DNA of 64,000 bases from Deinococcus sp. (GTDB lineage: Bacteria > Deinococcota > Deinococci > Deinococcales > Deinococcaceae). Where the stretch lies: positions 2,880,001-2,944,000 of the forward strand of contig OZ253375.1 of assembly GCA_965261005.1 (NCBI GenBank). Reading direction: 5' to 3'. Both the position numbers and the translations under genes were made by a program. A model generated the notes under the pieces. That model saw only the letters and a list, made by a program, of their open reading frames with translations. It did not search any database and was not told the DNA's origin. Positions 24,058 to 35,871 of the stretch are shown piece by piece (the stretch's first letter is position 1; every line of letters begins with the position of its first letter).

Positions 24058-25242
24058 ATGATCCTGAAAGAACGCGCCATTTTGGCCCTCGAAGATGGCA
24101 CCGTCTACCGTGGCTACGCCTTCGGGCAGCGGGGCGAGACGGTGGGGGAGGTCGTCTTCAACACCTCCATGACCGGCTACCAGGAGATCATGACCGACCC
24201 CAGCTACAACGGGCAGATCGTGTGCATGACCTATCCGCACATCGGCAACTACGGCGTGGCGATCTACGACATGGAGAGCAACCGGCCCTTTGTTCGCGGC
24301 TTGATCGGGCGCGAGTTCTCGCAGGGCTACAGCAACCACCGCGCCAGCCAGAGCCTACAGGACTTCATGGCGCAGTACGGCGTGGTCAGCATCTCCGGCA
24401 TCGATACCCGCGCGCTGGTGCGCCGGCTGCGCGAGGGGGGCGTGGTGAAGGGGGTGGTGGCGCACCGCTCGTACACCCACCCAGACGACCCCTACGGCGA
24501 GTTTTCGCCGGGGGAGGAGGCTGAGTTCGTGCGCCGCGCGGGGGAGCACGCGGACATCGACGGGCGCGACATGACCCCCGAGGTCACGACGCCGCTGCCC
24601 TACGCCTACCCGACTTTGCGGCAAGGGAAGCGCGTTGTGCTGCTCGACTTCGGCATCAAGCACACCATTGTCAAGCGGCTGGCCGAGGTCGGCATCGAAC
24701 CCATCGTGGTGCCGGCGCAGACCAGCCCGGCGCAGATCATGGCGCTCTCGCCGCACGGCCTGTTTCTCTCCAACGGCCCCGGCGACCCGGGGGCGCCCAA
24801 GTACGCCCACAAGACCGCCTGGGAATTGATGGGCCTGCTGCCGACCTTCGGCATTTGCCTGGGACACCAGATTCTGGCCCTCGCGGTGGGCGGCAAGACC
24901 TTCAAGATGAAGTTCGGCCACCGCGGCGGCAACCAGCCGGTCAAGAACCTGCTGACCGGCACAATCGAGATCACGGCGCAGAACCACGGCTACGCGGTGG
25001 ACTTGGAGAGTATGCCGCCGGGCCAGTTCGTGGCGACCCACGTCAACCTCAACGACGGCTCGCTGGAGGGCATGGCGCACGCCCGCTACCCGGTCTTCAG
25101 CGTGCAGTACCACCCCGAGGCCAGCCCCGGCCCGCACGACTCGCGCTACCTGTTCGAGCGCTTCATCCAGGAAATCGACTTGTTCGACGGCCCGACCGGC
25201 ACGCCGGTGGAAAAGGCCGCCGCCGGCCGTCTGGGGCTGTAG
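24058..25242 (+). CDS. carA: Carbamoyl-phosphate synthase small subunit
   Basis: [40 protein letters not shown]. Confidence 0.98.
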   Translation: MILKERAILALEDGTVYRGYAFGQRGETVGEVVFNTSMTGYQEIMTDPSYNGQIVCMTYPHIGNYGVAIYDMESNRPFVRGLIGREFSQGYSNHRASQSLQDFMAQYGVVSISGIDTRALVRRLREGGVVKGVVAHRSYTHPDDPYGEFSPGEEAEFVRRAGEHADIDGRDMTPEVTTPLPYAYPTLRQGKRVVLLDFGIKHTIVKRLAEVGIEPIVVPAQTSPAQIMALSPHGLFLSNGPGDPGAPKYAHKTAWELMGLLPTFGICLGHQILALAVGGKTFKMKFGHRGGNQPVKNLLTGTIEITAQNHGYAVDLESMPPGQFVATHVNLNDGSLEGMAHARYPVFSVQYHPEASPGPHDSRYLFERFIQEIDLFDGPTGTPVEKAAAGRLGL

Positions 25243-25405
25243 TGCCGAGGGACCGCAAGCCGTCCGAGCGGCCCAGCAAGATTTGTCCCGTGTGCGGTTT
25301 GCCCTTCAGCTGGCGCAAGAAGTGGGAGCGCGACTGGGAAAGCGTCAAGTACTGCTCGGACCGCTGCCGGGCGCGGGCGAAGCCGACTGGCTCTACACTG
25401 GGCCA

Positions 25406-25409
<4 letters not shown>
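25242..25409 (+). CDS. DUF2256 small zinc-finger-like protein
   Basis: [36 protein letters not shown] overlaps the carA stop. Confidence 0.88.
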
Positions 25410-27211
<1,802 letters not shown>

Positions 27212-27214
27212 ACC

Positions 27215-27649
27215 TCAGCCCGCGACCTTGCCCAGGTTGTCGGCGCCGGGGTTGGATAAGTAGATGTCGAGGTTGCTGGGGTTGGCCGCCGCCATCAGCT
27301 TGTTCACCTCGGCCTCCTCCGGCTCGCGCAGCCAGCGGCCGAAGTCGTAGCTGCTGATGACCGTCTCCTTGACGTTCTCGATGCCGGCGGCGCGCGCCCA
27401 ACCCGCCAGCGAGCGCAGCGCGCCCTCCCCTTCCTCGCCGAAGCGCGGGCCGAAGGCGTCCACCGTCAGGGCCGTCTCAGACTTGGTATGCACGACCGCC
27501 GCGTAGCGCGCGTGGTCGCGCTTGCCTTGGGTGTCGGTCACCAGGACCAGAATGGCGCCCGTAAGGTCTTGGTCGCCGAAGTGGTCGGTCAGGGCGCGCA
27601 GCGTTTCGGCCGGGGCGCCGAGGACGCCGAGGGGGTCGGAAAGGGGCAT
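27215..27649 (-). CDS. DUF3197-like Deinococcus-Thermus protein
   Basis: LVLVTD.Q..RD.ARYAA...AFGP.FG.EG..AL..L..W. Confidence 0.65.
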   Translation of the reverse strand: MPLSDPLGVLGAPAETLRALTDHFGDQDLTGAILVLVTDTQGKRDHARYAAVVHTKSETALTVDAFGPRFGEEGEGALRSLAGWARAAGIENVKETVISSYDFGRWLREPEEAEVNKLMAAANPSNLDIYLSNPGADNLGKVAG

Positions 27650-27697
27650 GGCCCCATCTTATACAAATTCCGAAAAGTTCCGTACATTTCGGAACTT

Positions 27698-29174
27698 GTA
27701 TGTGATTAGCGGGTGTTTTGTTGCTGTCGGTGGTCAAGCAGGGTTTGGAAGGGATCGAGTCCAGCGAGGCGGGCCGTTTGCGTAATGGACTTGAAGATGG
27801 CGAACGCCTCGCTGCCCCCGAAGGACTTGCTGCACTGCGACACCTTGCGCGCGATCACCGCCGGTCGAAGTGCCCGCTCCGCCGCGTTGTTGGTCGGCGG
27901 TACGTTCGGGTCCATCAGAAAGCGCAGCAGATTCTCCCGCTGGTGATGCTTGCGGATGCCGCGCACCAGCCGTTTGTTTTCTCGTGAACGACACGAGGCG
28001 AACAGGCGCTTCTCGATCTTCAAACGCAGCGCCTCTCCACGCTGACGGTACTTGTCGAGCGTGCAGTCTCCCTGTTGGAAGCGCGCGTGCAACATCAAAG
28101 CCGCCCGGAAGTCTTCGAGCAAGCTCCGCGCAAAGTCCCGTCCCCGTCCTCGCTTGCCGTGCTGGTCCTCTAGCGCCGCTTCACACGAGCGGATGACATG
28201 GTGAATGCACTTCTGCTGTGCTACGTCTTTGAAGCTGGCGTGGTCGTAGCTGCTAAAGCGGTCCACGCACAACACGCCCGCGTAGTTCTGCGGCACCACC
28301 TCCTGCACCTCGGCGTGGGTGTGCCGCGCGCGAATTTGGTACACCACCGAGACCGGTGTGCGGAACACCTGGAGCCAGGCTTGTTCCCCGTGCACCCGCC
28401 AGCCCGTGTCGTCCTGATGGACCAAGGGCTGCCGTTGCACGTCATCGCGCAACTGCCGGTACTCGCCTGACAGCGCGCTGCCCTCTTGGCTTTGTCGCAA
28501 CGCGTCTTGCGTCAGCGCCCCCTGCGTCACCCTCAGCCCGCTGGTGAGGCGCAGCACCTCAGGAACTTTCCGAACCGGTACACCGAGATCATAGTGCAGC
28601 GCGTGAGCAAGGCTCAGCACCTCCGGACCCAGACGGTGGGCGGTGGCCCCTCGTTGATCCTCACGCACGTCCGGGTGCGTCGCTCGCACGCGGCGACCAC
28701 AGTGCCGACACTGCCCCACGGCGAGGTGGTAGGCCGTCACTTGGGGACGGCGCTCCGGGAGGTCCGTGACAGTGGCGAGGTCGGTGTGGCTCGCGTCGAG
28801 CGCCCCACCGCACCGACACTGAGCGGGCAGGAGAACATCCACGACACGGGTGATGTCCTCGTTCTCAGGTGGCGCGCGGAAGGTGAACGCGCCCTGCCCC
28901 GCGCGGCGTCCACTCGGCTGAGGGTTCGCCTTGGGGGTGCCTCGGCTGAAGGGGGCGACATGCTTCTTCTGGCGACGCTCCAACTCTTCGATCCGCTTCC
29001 TGAGCCGAGCGTTTTCTTCGTGCAGTTGTCTATTTTCGGCTTCGAGGCGTTCGATGCGAGCGGTGAGGGTACGCACCAACTCCAGGAGTTCGGTCACGCT
29101 GGGGGTCGCCTCGCCGCTCATCCCGCTTACCCTACAAGACACTCTCTCTCCCTACCACCTCGCTAATCAAATAC
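27698..29174 (-). mobile_element. IS66-family (ISBst12-like) element, intact
   Basis: TIR GTATGTGATTAGCG/CGCTAATCAAATAC; perfect 8-bp TSD CGGAACTT (27690-27697, 29175-29182). Confidence 0.93.
27706..29121 (-). CDS. IS66-family transposase
   Basis: Leucine-zipper N-terminus, CxC/CxxC, HQDDTGWR, PPTNNAAERALRPAV. Confidence 0.93.
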   Translation of the reverse strand: MSGEATPSVTELLELVRTLTARIERLEAENRQLHEENARLRKRIEELERRQKKHVAPFSRGTPKANPQPSGRRAGQGAFTFRAPPENEDITRVVDVLLPAQCRCGGALDASHTDLATVTDLPERRPQVTAYHLAVGQCRHCGRRVRATHPDVREDQRGATAHRLGPEVLSLAHALHYDLGVPVRKVPEVLRLTSGLRVTQGALTQDALRQSQEGSALSGEYRQLRDDVQRQPLVHQDDTGWRVHGEQAWLQVFRTPVSVVYQIRARHTHAEVQEVVPQNYAGVLCVDRFSSYDHASFKDVAQQKCIHHVIRSCEAALEDQHGKRGRGRDFARSLLEDFRAALMLHARFQQGDCTLDKYRQRGEALRLKIEKRLFASCRSRENKRLVRGIRKHHQRENLLRFLMDPNVPPTNNAAERALRPAVIARKVSQCSKSFGGSEAFAIFKSITQTARLAGLDPFQTLLDHRQQQNTR

Positions 29175-29345
29175 CGGAACTTTTCTGAGCGGACGCGAGT
29201 AGGAAAAACATACGGGTTCCGCGATATGAAGTACACGGAGCGCTTTTTGCGAAGTGTACGGAATAAAGCGGAATCCGTATTAGCCGGATTCGGGAACGTT
29301 CCAAACCTACGGGCGCATTTGGCGTCAGGCACTAGACTTTTCCCT

Positions 29346-30050
29346 ATGAAAGCCTCCTCTAACAACGTGGCCCAACTGATGGCCCAGGCGCGCGGCGGGC
29401 GGGTGGTGCGCAGCGGCTTCGTGGACGCGGACAGCATTGACCGCCGTCTGCTCACGGACACCGAGGTGCGCCACCAACTCGCCGGCGGCTTTCCCGACGC
29501 CCGGCGCGTGGTGCTGACCCTCTACCCCGAGCACATCCCGAACGTGGACGTGGGCGTGGCGGTGCTGCGCGTGACGGGGGACTTCCGGCCCGACTTCGAG
29601 CTGCAAGACTTCGCGGTGGCGTTGCGGCGGCTGGACCTGCCCGAGGACGGCCTGGGAGACCTGCGCGAGGAGCGCGGCGCCTTTTTGATCGCGGCCACCG
29701 GCAAGGCGAAGGCGGCCCTTCTCGCCCTGACCGAGCTGGCCGGCGCGAACGTGGAAATCGAGGACGTCGGCGAAAGCGCCGGCCGCCCGGCCAAGACGCG
29801 CGAGGTGGTGGTGCCCAGCTTGCGCCTCGACGTGGTGGGCGCCAAGGGCTTCGGGGTGTCGCGGGCCTACTTTCAGCAGGGCGTGGACGGCGGCAAGGTG
29901 CGCCTCAACGGCGCGGTGGCGCGCGCCAGCGCCGAGGTCCGCGAGGGCGACAGCCTCAGCGCCGAGGGCCTGGGGCGGGTGGACTTCAAGCGGGTGGTGA
30001 ACGAGACCCGGCGCGGCAACTACAAGGTGGAGCTGGAGGTCCACCGCTGA
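29346..30050 (+). CDS. YlmH-like S4-domain RNA-binding protein
   Basis: GGFPDARRV, SLRLDVV....FGVSR, EGD.LS..GLGR. Confidence 0.85.
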   Translation: MKASSNNVAQLMAQARGGRVVRSGFVDADSIDRRLLTDTEVRHQLAGGFPDARRVVLTLYPEHIPNVDVGVAVLRVTGDFRPDFELQDFAVALRRLDLPEDGLGDLREERGAFLIAATGKAKAALLALTELAGANVEIEDVGESAGRPAKTREVVVPSLRLDVVGAKGFGVSRAYFQQGVDGGKVRLNGAVARASAEVREGDSLSAEGLGRVDFKRVVNETRRGNYKVELEVHR

Positions 30051-30060
30051 GCCGGGCGCC

Positions 30061-31089
30061 ATGATTGATCTGACCGCCTGCTTTCCCGAGCTGACGCCGG
30101 GCGAGCTGCTGGCCGGCTTCGTGCCGGGGGCGCGCTTCGCCGGGGTCAGCTTCGGTAATTACCGTGCCGACCCCCGCTTTCCCTCGCAGGCGCAGGCCAA
30201 GCGGACGCTGGAGACCTTTGCGGCGCGGGCGCCCGCGCGGCGCGGCGGCTGGTTCCGGCGCCAGCCCCCCGGCGAGGGGTGGTACCTCGACGGCGGCTTC
30301 GGGGTGGGCAAGACCCATTTGCTGGCGGCCACTTGGCGGGCCTTTTCTGAGGGGCGTCCCGGCAAGGCGGCCTTTCTGAGCTTTCAGGACTTGGTGTACG
30401 CCGTGGGCGCCCTGGGCATGGGGGAGGCGGAGCGGGCGTTCGGCGCCTATCAACTGCTGGCCCTCGACGAGTTCGAGCTGGACGACCCCGGCAACACCCA
30501 CTTGGTCGGCACGCTGCTGGGCCGTTTGATGCCAGAAGGGCTGAACGTCGTCACGACCTCCAACGCCGCCCCCGGCGCGCTGGGCCAGGGCCGCTTCGAC
30601 GCCGCCGCCTTCGGGCAGCAGATCGAGGGCATCGCGCGGCGCTTCACGGTGCTGCCGGTGGACGGGCCGGACTACCGGGCGCGCGGCGGCGCGTTGGGAG
30701 CGCCCTTCACGGCCGCCGGGTACGCCGCTTGGCGCGCGGGGCAGGACCCGGATAGCTTGGCGGAGCTGAGCGGCGAGGCGCTGGAGCGCCACTTAAAAGA
30801 AGTCCACCCGGCGCGCTTCGGCAAGCTGCTCGCCGGCGTGGGCGCGGTGGGCCTACTGGACCTGCGCCCCTTCGAGGACCAAAGCGCCGCGCTGCGCTTC
30901 GTCCACTTCGCCGACAAGGTGTACGACCTGAAGCTGGGCTTCGCCCTGACGGGGGCGCCGCTGGAAAGTCTGTTCGCCGATACGTACCGCCACGGCGCCT
31001 ATGCCAAAAAGTACAGCCGCTGTCTGTCGCGCCTGTCAGAAATGCTGCTGGAGGCCCAAGCTGAACGTGCAGAAAAAGTCACGGATTAG
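30061..31089 (+). CDS. zapE: ZapE/AFG1-family ATPase
   Basis: YLDGGFGVGKTHL, LDEFELDDPG, TTSN, VDGPDYR, RCLSRL. Confidence 0.92.
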   Translation: MIDLTACFPELTPGELLAGFVPGARFAGVSFGNYRADPRFPSQAQAKRTLETFAARAPARRGGWFRRQPPGEGWYLDGGFGVGKTHLLAATWRAFSEGRPGKAAFLSFQDLVYAVGALGMGEAERAFGAYQLLALDEFELDDPGNTHLVGTLLGRLMPEGLNVVTTSNAAPGALGQGRFDAAAFGQQIEGIARRFTVLPVDGPDYRARGGALGAPFTAAGYAAWRAGQDPDSLAELSGEALERHLKEVHPARFGKLLAGVGAVGLLDLRPFEDQSAALRFVHFADKVYDLKLGFALTGAPLESLFADTYRHGAYAKKYSRCLSRLSEMLLEAQAERAEKVTD

Positions 31090-31264
31090 AGAATATTTAC
31101 AGAGAATTTCACGTTCTTATATAGAATTTCCTTTGGAAACGCTTTCGGTTACGAGATACTAAAGACGGCCACACGGCCTTCGCATCCGCCCGGAACGTTC
31201 GCTCGGTACCCTGGGTGAGGTCGGAATTCCTTCTCTCTCCGCCACAACTCAAGGGGTTCATCAC

Positions 31265-31459
31265 ATGCGTCAGATTCAGTGTAGCTGGGTGCCGGGCACG
31301 CTCAACCGCGTGCGCATCCAAGGACCGAGCGGGCCGTTCGAGATCACCATGGAGCGCGCCGAGCGCGTGCTGGGGCGCGGGAAGTTGCACGACCTGTACC
31401 TCAAGGGCAAAATGGTCCTGAACGTCGGCGAAGAGGACATCAGAAACCTCGTGGCGTGA
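31265..31459 (+). CDS. Small hypothetical protein (64 aa)
   Basis: AAGGGG RBS, host-like codon use, followed by a terminator. Confidence 0.7.
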   Translation: MRQIQCSWVPGTLNRVRIQGPSGPFEITMERAERVLGRGKLHDLYLKGKMVLNVGEEDIRNLVA

Positions 31460-31471
31460 GGCCGCGCTTTT

Positions 31472-31502
31472 GGGGCCGGATTCGTCCGGCCCTTTTTCTT
31501 TT
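31472..31502 (+). terminator. Intrinsic terminator
   Basis: GGGCCGGA-TTCG-TCCGGCCC then a T-rich tail. Confidence 0.85.
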
Positions 31503-31520
31503 GCCAGGTAGCATAGGGCC

Positions 31521-32663
31521 ATGACTTCCGAACCTTTCCATCCGATTGACGTGGATCAGGCCGCCCTGCTGCGCGATCTGGAGGCCCTGGTCACCACTGA
31601 GTCCCCCTCGGAGGACCGCGCCGGCGTGAAGCGCGTGATGGAGACGGTCGAGGGCTGGCTGCGCGACCTCGGCGCGACGGTGCTGCACTTGGAGGGCGAC
31701 ACCCGGCACTTTATTTTGGACGGCCCAATCCTAAAAGGTTCTGGGAATGCCCCAGAAGACAGCGTGCTGATCCTCGCGCACGCGGACACTGTCTGGCCCC
31801 ACGGCACGCTGGAGACGATGTCCTTCCGGGTGGAGGGGGGGCGCGCCTACGGTCCTGGCACTTACGACATGAAGGGCGGCGTCGTGGGCGCGGTTCACGC
31901 CCTGCGGGCGCTGAAGGGCCAGCTCACGCGCCGGGTCGAGTTGCTGCTCACCCCCGACGAGGAGATCGGCTCGCCCGAGTCGCGCGAACACATCGAGCGC
32001 GTCGCCGCGCGAGCGGGCGCCGTGCTGGTCGTGGAGCCGCCGGTGGCGGGCACGAACGCCCTCAAGGTGGGGCGCAAGGGGACCGGGATGTTCCACGTCA
32101 TGTTGCGCGGCGTGGCCTCGCACGCGGGCAACGCCCCGCAGGAAGGGGCCAGCGCCATCGCGGAGGCGGCCCATCAGCTGCTGGCGGTGGAGGCGCTGGC
32201 CGACCCTGCGCGTGGCACCACCCTGAGCGTCGGCCGCGTTGCGGGCGGCGGCGCCATCAACGTGGTGCCCGCCCACGCCGAGTTCTGGACCGACGTGCGG
32301 GTGTCCAGCTTGGATGAGGCGGCGCGGGTGGAGGCGGCGGTGCGCGCCCTGGGGGCGCACGACGAGCGCGTGCGTCTGTCGGTGGACGGCGGCCTGAACC
32401 GTCCCCCCTTCGAGAACGGGGGCGGCACACAAGCTTTGTTCGCCCGCGCCCAGGAGATCGGCCGGCAGCTCGGCTGGGAAGTGACGGGGGAGAGCGTCGG
32501 CGGCGGCAGCGACGGCAACTTCACGGCCCCGCTGCGGCCCACCCTGGACGGTCTCGGCGCCCCCGGTGCGGGCGCCCACGCGGAGAGCGAGCACGTGGAC
32601 CTGACCGCCTGGCCGCGCCACGTCCAGCTGCTCGCCGAGCTGATCCGCGATCCGGGGGTATAA
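31521..32663 (+). CDS. M20 family metallopeptidase (glutamate carboxypeptidase-like)
   Basis: HADTVW, GPG.YDMKGG, DEEIGS, GGGSDGNF, GAHA. Confidence 0.92.
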   Translation: MTSEPFHPIDVDQAALLRDLEALVTTESPSEDRAGVKRVMETVEGWLRDLGATVLHLEGDTRHFILDGPILKGSGNAPEDSVLILAHADTVWPHGTLETMSFRVEGGRAYGPGTYDMKGGVVGAVHALRALKGQLTRRVELLLTPDEEIGSPESREHIERVAARAGAVLVVEPPVAGTNALKVGRKGTGMFHVMLRGVASHAGNAPQEGASAIAEAAHQLLAVEALADPARGTTLSVGRVAGGGAINVVPAHAEFWTDVRVSSLDEAARVEAAVRALGAHDERVRLSVDGGLNRPPFENGGGTQALFARAQEIGRQLGWEVTGESVGGGSDGNFTAPLRPTLDGLGAPGAGAHAESEHVDLTAWPRHVQLLAELIRDPGV

Positions 32664-32717
32664 GGGGTGGGGAGGGAAGACCTCCACAAGCCACGCTCCA
32701 CGCTCTACGATCCGGCC

Positions 32718-33008
32718 ATGTTCTTCAAACGCCGGCCACCCCCCAATCCCTACGTCAAGCAGGACGACCAGAACACCTACCGCCTGCGCCTCAGAACCGC
32801 CCCGCACGGCGACGTGGTCGAACTGCGCTTCACCAAGAGCGCCAATATCGGCGTGGCCGACGACGGCGGCTACGTCTTTCGCAAGGGCTTCGTGTCGGGG
32901 GAGCACTTCGACCGCGGCCAGGTGAGCGTCCACTTCGACGCGCGCTACACCGTCACCGGGACCGAGATCGAGGGCGGTGAGCTGATCGAGGTGCGCGACT
33001 GGGCGTGA
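32718..33008 (+). CDS. Hypothetical protein
   Basis: TACGAT -10 box 6 nt before ATG; host-like codon bias. Confidence 0.7.
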   Translation: MFFKRRPPPNPYVKQDDQNTYRLRLRTAPHGDVVELRFTKSANIGVADDGGYVFRKGFVSGEHFDRGQVSVHFDARYTVTGTEIEGGELIEVRDWA

Positions 33009-33039
33009 GGGTTGGGGTGTTCTTCGAGCTTCCGGGTGG

Positions 33040-33278
33040 CCCCCACCCCCCCAGCCCCCCTACCCCCAAAGGGGGCAGGGGGGAGCGACGCTGCGCTCGG
33101 CACGTCCGTCGGCTGGAGCGTTGGGCTGCTGTGGGTCGCTGTCTTCGTTATCGGGTCACTGCCGCCTAAATAAAAACCTCTTGGTGCAAAGGCGGTGAGC
33201 CGCTTGCGGGAAAGCGGGGCAGATGTATTTGTCTTTGCTCCCCTCCCCACCTGAGGGGGGAGGGGCCGGGCGTGGGGG
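33040..33278. repeat. REP/REPIN-like element: two G/C-run palindromes in inverted orientation
   Basis: CCCCCACCCCCCCAGCCCCCCTACCCCCAAAGGGGGCAGGGGGGAGC ... GCTCCCCTCCCCACCTGAGGGGGGAGGGGCCGGGCGTGGGGG between convergent genes. Confidence 0.7.
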
Positions 33279-33312
33279 ATCCCGCCAATGAACTTGCACG
33301 CCTAATCCTTCA

Positions 33313-34161
33313 CTACGGCGCCTGCACGAACAGCGGCAGGTCGCTCGGCGCCGCCACGCCGGCTGTTATGGCGCGCTTGTGCAGTTCTTGCACCGCGCCC
33401 TCGCCCTCGTCCCCTATGTCCAGCGAGAAGTCGTTGACGTACAGGTTGATATGGGCCTGCATGACGGCGTCGCTCATCTCCAGGGCGTGGCGGCGGATGT
33501 AGGCGCGGCCCTCGTCGGGGTGGGCGCGGGCGTGTTCTAAGCTGGCGCGCACCGCCCCGTTGAGGTCCCACTTCAGCTGCGCTGGCAAGTCGCGCCGGAC
33601 CAGGATGGCGCCGAGGGGCAAGGGCAGCTTCGTTTCACCCTCCCACCACTCGCCCAGGTCCGCGAACTTGTGCAGACCATAGTTTTGATAGGTGAAGCGC
33701 GACTCGTGGATGATCAGGCCGGCGTCCGCCTCGCCGCGCAGCACGGCCGGCATCACCTCGTCGTACCTCATGCGCGTGACCCGCGCGCCCGGCGCCGCCA
33801 AGCGCAGCAGCAGTTCGGCGGTGGTCAGGGCGCCCGGCGAGGCGACCAGTTTGCCGTTCAGGTCGCTCAGCGGCTCTCTTGTCACCACCAGCGGCCCCAC
33901 CCCGCGCCCCAGCGCCCCACCCGCGCGCAAGGCCACGTAGCGGTCCATCACCGAGAAGGAGGCGCGGTAACTGATCTTGGTGATGGGGAGCCGCCCATCC
34001 CGCGCCCAGGCGTTCAGGGTCTCCACGTCCTCCAGCACCTCGCGCACCGGCAGCGGGGAGGGCACCAGGCCGTGTGAGAGCGCGTAGAAGATAAAGGTGT
34101 CGTTGGGACAAAACGAGTAGCCGAGGTCGAGGATGGCGGGGGGAGCGGGGGAGAGGGTCAT
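33313..34161 (-). CDS. mqnD: 1,4-dihydroxy-6-naphthoate synthase (futalosine pathway)
   Basis: YSFCPNDTFIFYAL, GALGRGVGPL, IIHESRFTY, PLPLG, HINLYVN. Confidence 0.93.
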   Translation of the reverse strand: MTLSPAPPAILDLGYSFCPNDTFIFYALSHGLVPSPLPVREVLEDVETLNAWARDGRLPITKISYRASFSVMDRYVALRAGGALGRGVGPLVVTREPLSDLNGKLVASPGALTTAELLLRLAAPGARVTRMRYDEVMPAVLRGEADAGLIIHESRFTYQNYGLHKFADLGEWWEGETKLPLPLGAILVRRDLPAQLKWDLNGAVRASLEHARAHPDEGRAYIRRHALEMSDAVMQAHINLYVNDFSLDIGDEGEGAVQELHKRAITAGVAAPSDLPLFVQAP

Positions 34162-34202
34162 AAGCTCAAAGTAAAACGTTCCGGTTCAGTCAATTGCGAC
34201 CT

Positions 34203-35009
34203 TCAATCTGAGCGCAGCCGCGCCCTCAGCCGGCTGAGGACCTCGTAGAGGACCACACGCAGGGCCTCCAGCCGGTCCGCCGGCTGCGGCAGGGTGAGGT
34301 CGAAGCGCGGCTCGTCGGCGGGCACTGAAATTACGGTCAGACCTTGCGCCCGAAAGAGCTTGGCGGCGCGGCGGCTGTGGGAGGGCGAGGTGACCAGCAG
34401 CACGCGGCGCCAGCCCAGCTGACGGGCCAGCCCGCCCGCGCGGCGCGCCTCGTCCGCCGTGTCGGTCACGTTCCGCAGCACCTCCAAATGTGGACCCGTG
34501 CCGCCGTAGAGCCGCTTGACCTCCGCTTGTTCCAGCCCCGCGATCTTCGGGCAGGACGCGCCGCCAAAGAGGTTCGACTGCTCGGACACGGTGAGAAGCG
34601 GGGCGTAGCCCGCGCGCCACAGCTCCAGCCCGCGCGTGAGCCGGGCCGCCGAGGTGGCCTCCAATTGGGCGCTGCCGCACGACACGCCGCCGCCCAGCAC
34701 CACGATGGCGTCCGCGGGCGCGGGCGCGCCCAATTCGGTCAGTGCAGTTAGCGCCGGCCGCAGGATGGGTGTGAACAGCGTGACCAGCAGCAGCGCCGCC
34801 GCCAAGGCGCCCAGCGCCAGCAAGCCCCGCCGCAAAAGGGGCAGCGGCGCGCAGGCCAGGCAGACCAGCACCACAACGGCCACCACCGGAAACGTCGCCC
34901 GCACCCCGCCGAACAAGGCGACTGCCCCGGCGAGGGCGCCGCCCAGCGCCAAGCAGGTCAGCCAGGCTTCCCAAGTCGGCCAAGTCCAACTGAACCGGCC
35001 CCTAGCCAT
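34203..35009 (-). CDS. YdcF/DUF218 family membrane protein
   Basis: ADAIVVLGGG, VTSPSHSRRA, N-terminal TM segments. Confidence 0.85.
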   Translation of the reverse strand: MARGRFSWTWPTWEAWLTCLALGGALAGAVALFGGVRATFPVVAVVVLVCLACAPLPLLRRGLLALGALAAALLLVTLFTPILRPALTALTELGAPAPADAIVVLGGGVSCGSAQLEATSAARLTRGLELWRAGYAPLLTVSEQSNLFGGASCPKIAGLEQAEVKRLYGGTGPHLEVLRNVTDTADEARRAGGLARQLGWRRVLLVTSPSHSRRAAKLFRAQGLTVISVPADEPRFDLTLPQPADRLEALRVVLYEVLSRLRARLRSD

Positions 35010-35799
35010 GTCCCCGCAGGTACTCCGTCGCGAAGTCCACCAACGCCCGCTGCGACATCAGTCCCGCCTGCGCTGACCCGATCCGGCCGCGCCGCACCCC
35101 GCCCGCCGCCTCGAAGGCGGCCTTGATCGTCGGGAAGTCGGTATCGTCTTCGTCGAGGTCGCGGTACACCTGCCAGACCCGCCCGCCATTTTTTAGAATC
35201 GGCGCCCCCTGCTTCACGCGCCCGCGCGTGCCGGAGCGGTGTTCGGCCAGGTGCAGGCTGGAGTTGCGGTCCGTGCCCAGCAGCAGCACGCGGGCGTCCA
35301 GATCGTGGAGGCGGGCGAGGGGCGAGCCTTCGCCAAGTGCATCCGCCAGCGTGTGCCCGGCCGTCACAAACTCGGCCTGCCGGCCCCAGGCGCAAAAGGA
35401 CGCGGTCGGGTGGTCGCTTCTGAGGACGCCCGGAAAGCTGCGAAAGGTCTCGGCGACCCGGCCCACCCCCCGCGTGGGCGTGTAGCGCGCATCGAAGGCG
35501 GGCATGCTGTCGCGGATGGTCTGGTGCCATTCGCGCGGCACGGGTGGGTTCTGCCACCGCGCCGGGTCGGACAAGTCCCCCGAAAAGGCCGGCATCGCCA
35601 GCGTGCCTTCCGGCGTCAGCACGTCTTGAAGCGCCTGAACCACCGCCACCGGGCCGCCCGAGACCCAGCCCAACGCGCTCAAGGAAGCGTGGACCAGCAC
35701 GCTCGCGCCGGCCTCCAGCCCGAGCGCTTGCAGATCGCGCGCCAAGCTGTCGCGGGTGCGCGGCGCGTCGGCGGCTTGGATGGCGAACAGTTCGGACAT
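35002..35799 (-). CDS. AAC(3)/YokD-family N-acetyltransferase
   Basis: VLVHASLSALGWVSGG, GTLAMPAFS.DLSDP, RSDHP..SF, LHLAE. Confidence 0.9.
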   Translation of the reverse strand: MSELFAIQAADAPRTRDSLARDLQALGLEAGASVLVHASLSALGWVSGGPVAVVQALQDVLTPEGTLAMPAFSGDLSDPARWQNPPVPREWHQTIRDSMPAFDARYTPTRGVGRVAETFRSFPGVLRSDHPTASFCAWGRQAEFVTAGHTLADALGEGSPLARLHDLDARVLLLGTDRNSSLHLAEHRSGTRGRVKQGAPILKNGGRVWQVYRDLDEDDTDFPTIKAAFEAAGGVRRGRIGSAQAGLMSQRALVDFATEYLRGHG

Positions 35800-35871
35800 G
35801 AGGGCAGTGTAGGGGGAGCGCGCCCCTCTACGTCGAGGGGCGCTTTACAAACTCAGGGGCAATCATCCATC

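Larger units (their letters stand above)
27661..29280. repeat. SNR/MITE-like repeat copy 2 (opposite orientation), interrupted by IS66
   Basis: ATACAAATTCCG...CGGAATCCGTAT ends; shares conserved blocks with 9194-9329. Confidence 0.8.

Noticed and set aside
31108..31126. Radiation-desiccation response motif (RDRM)
   Set aside because: TTCACGTTCTTATATAGAA does not fit the 17-bp spacing and has several mismatches.
35002..35799. Acquired aminoglycoside resistance gene
   Set aside because: Host-like composition and operon context; YokD-like chromosomal homologues are common and resistance cannot be inferred.
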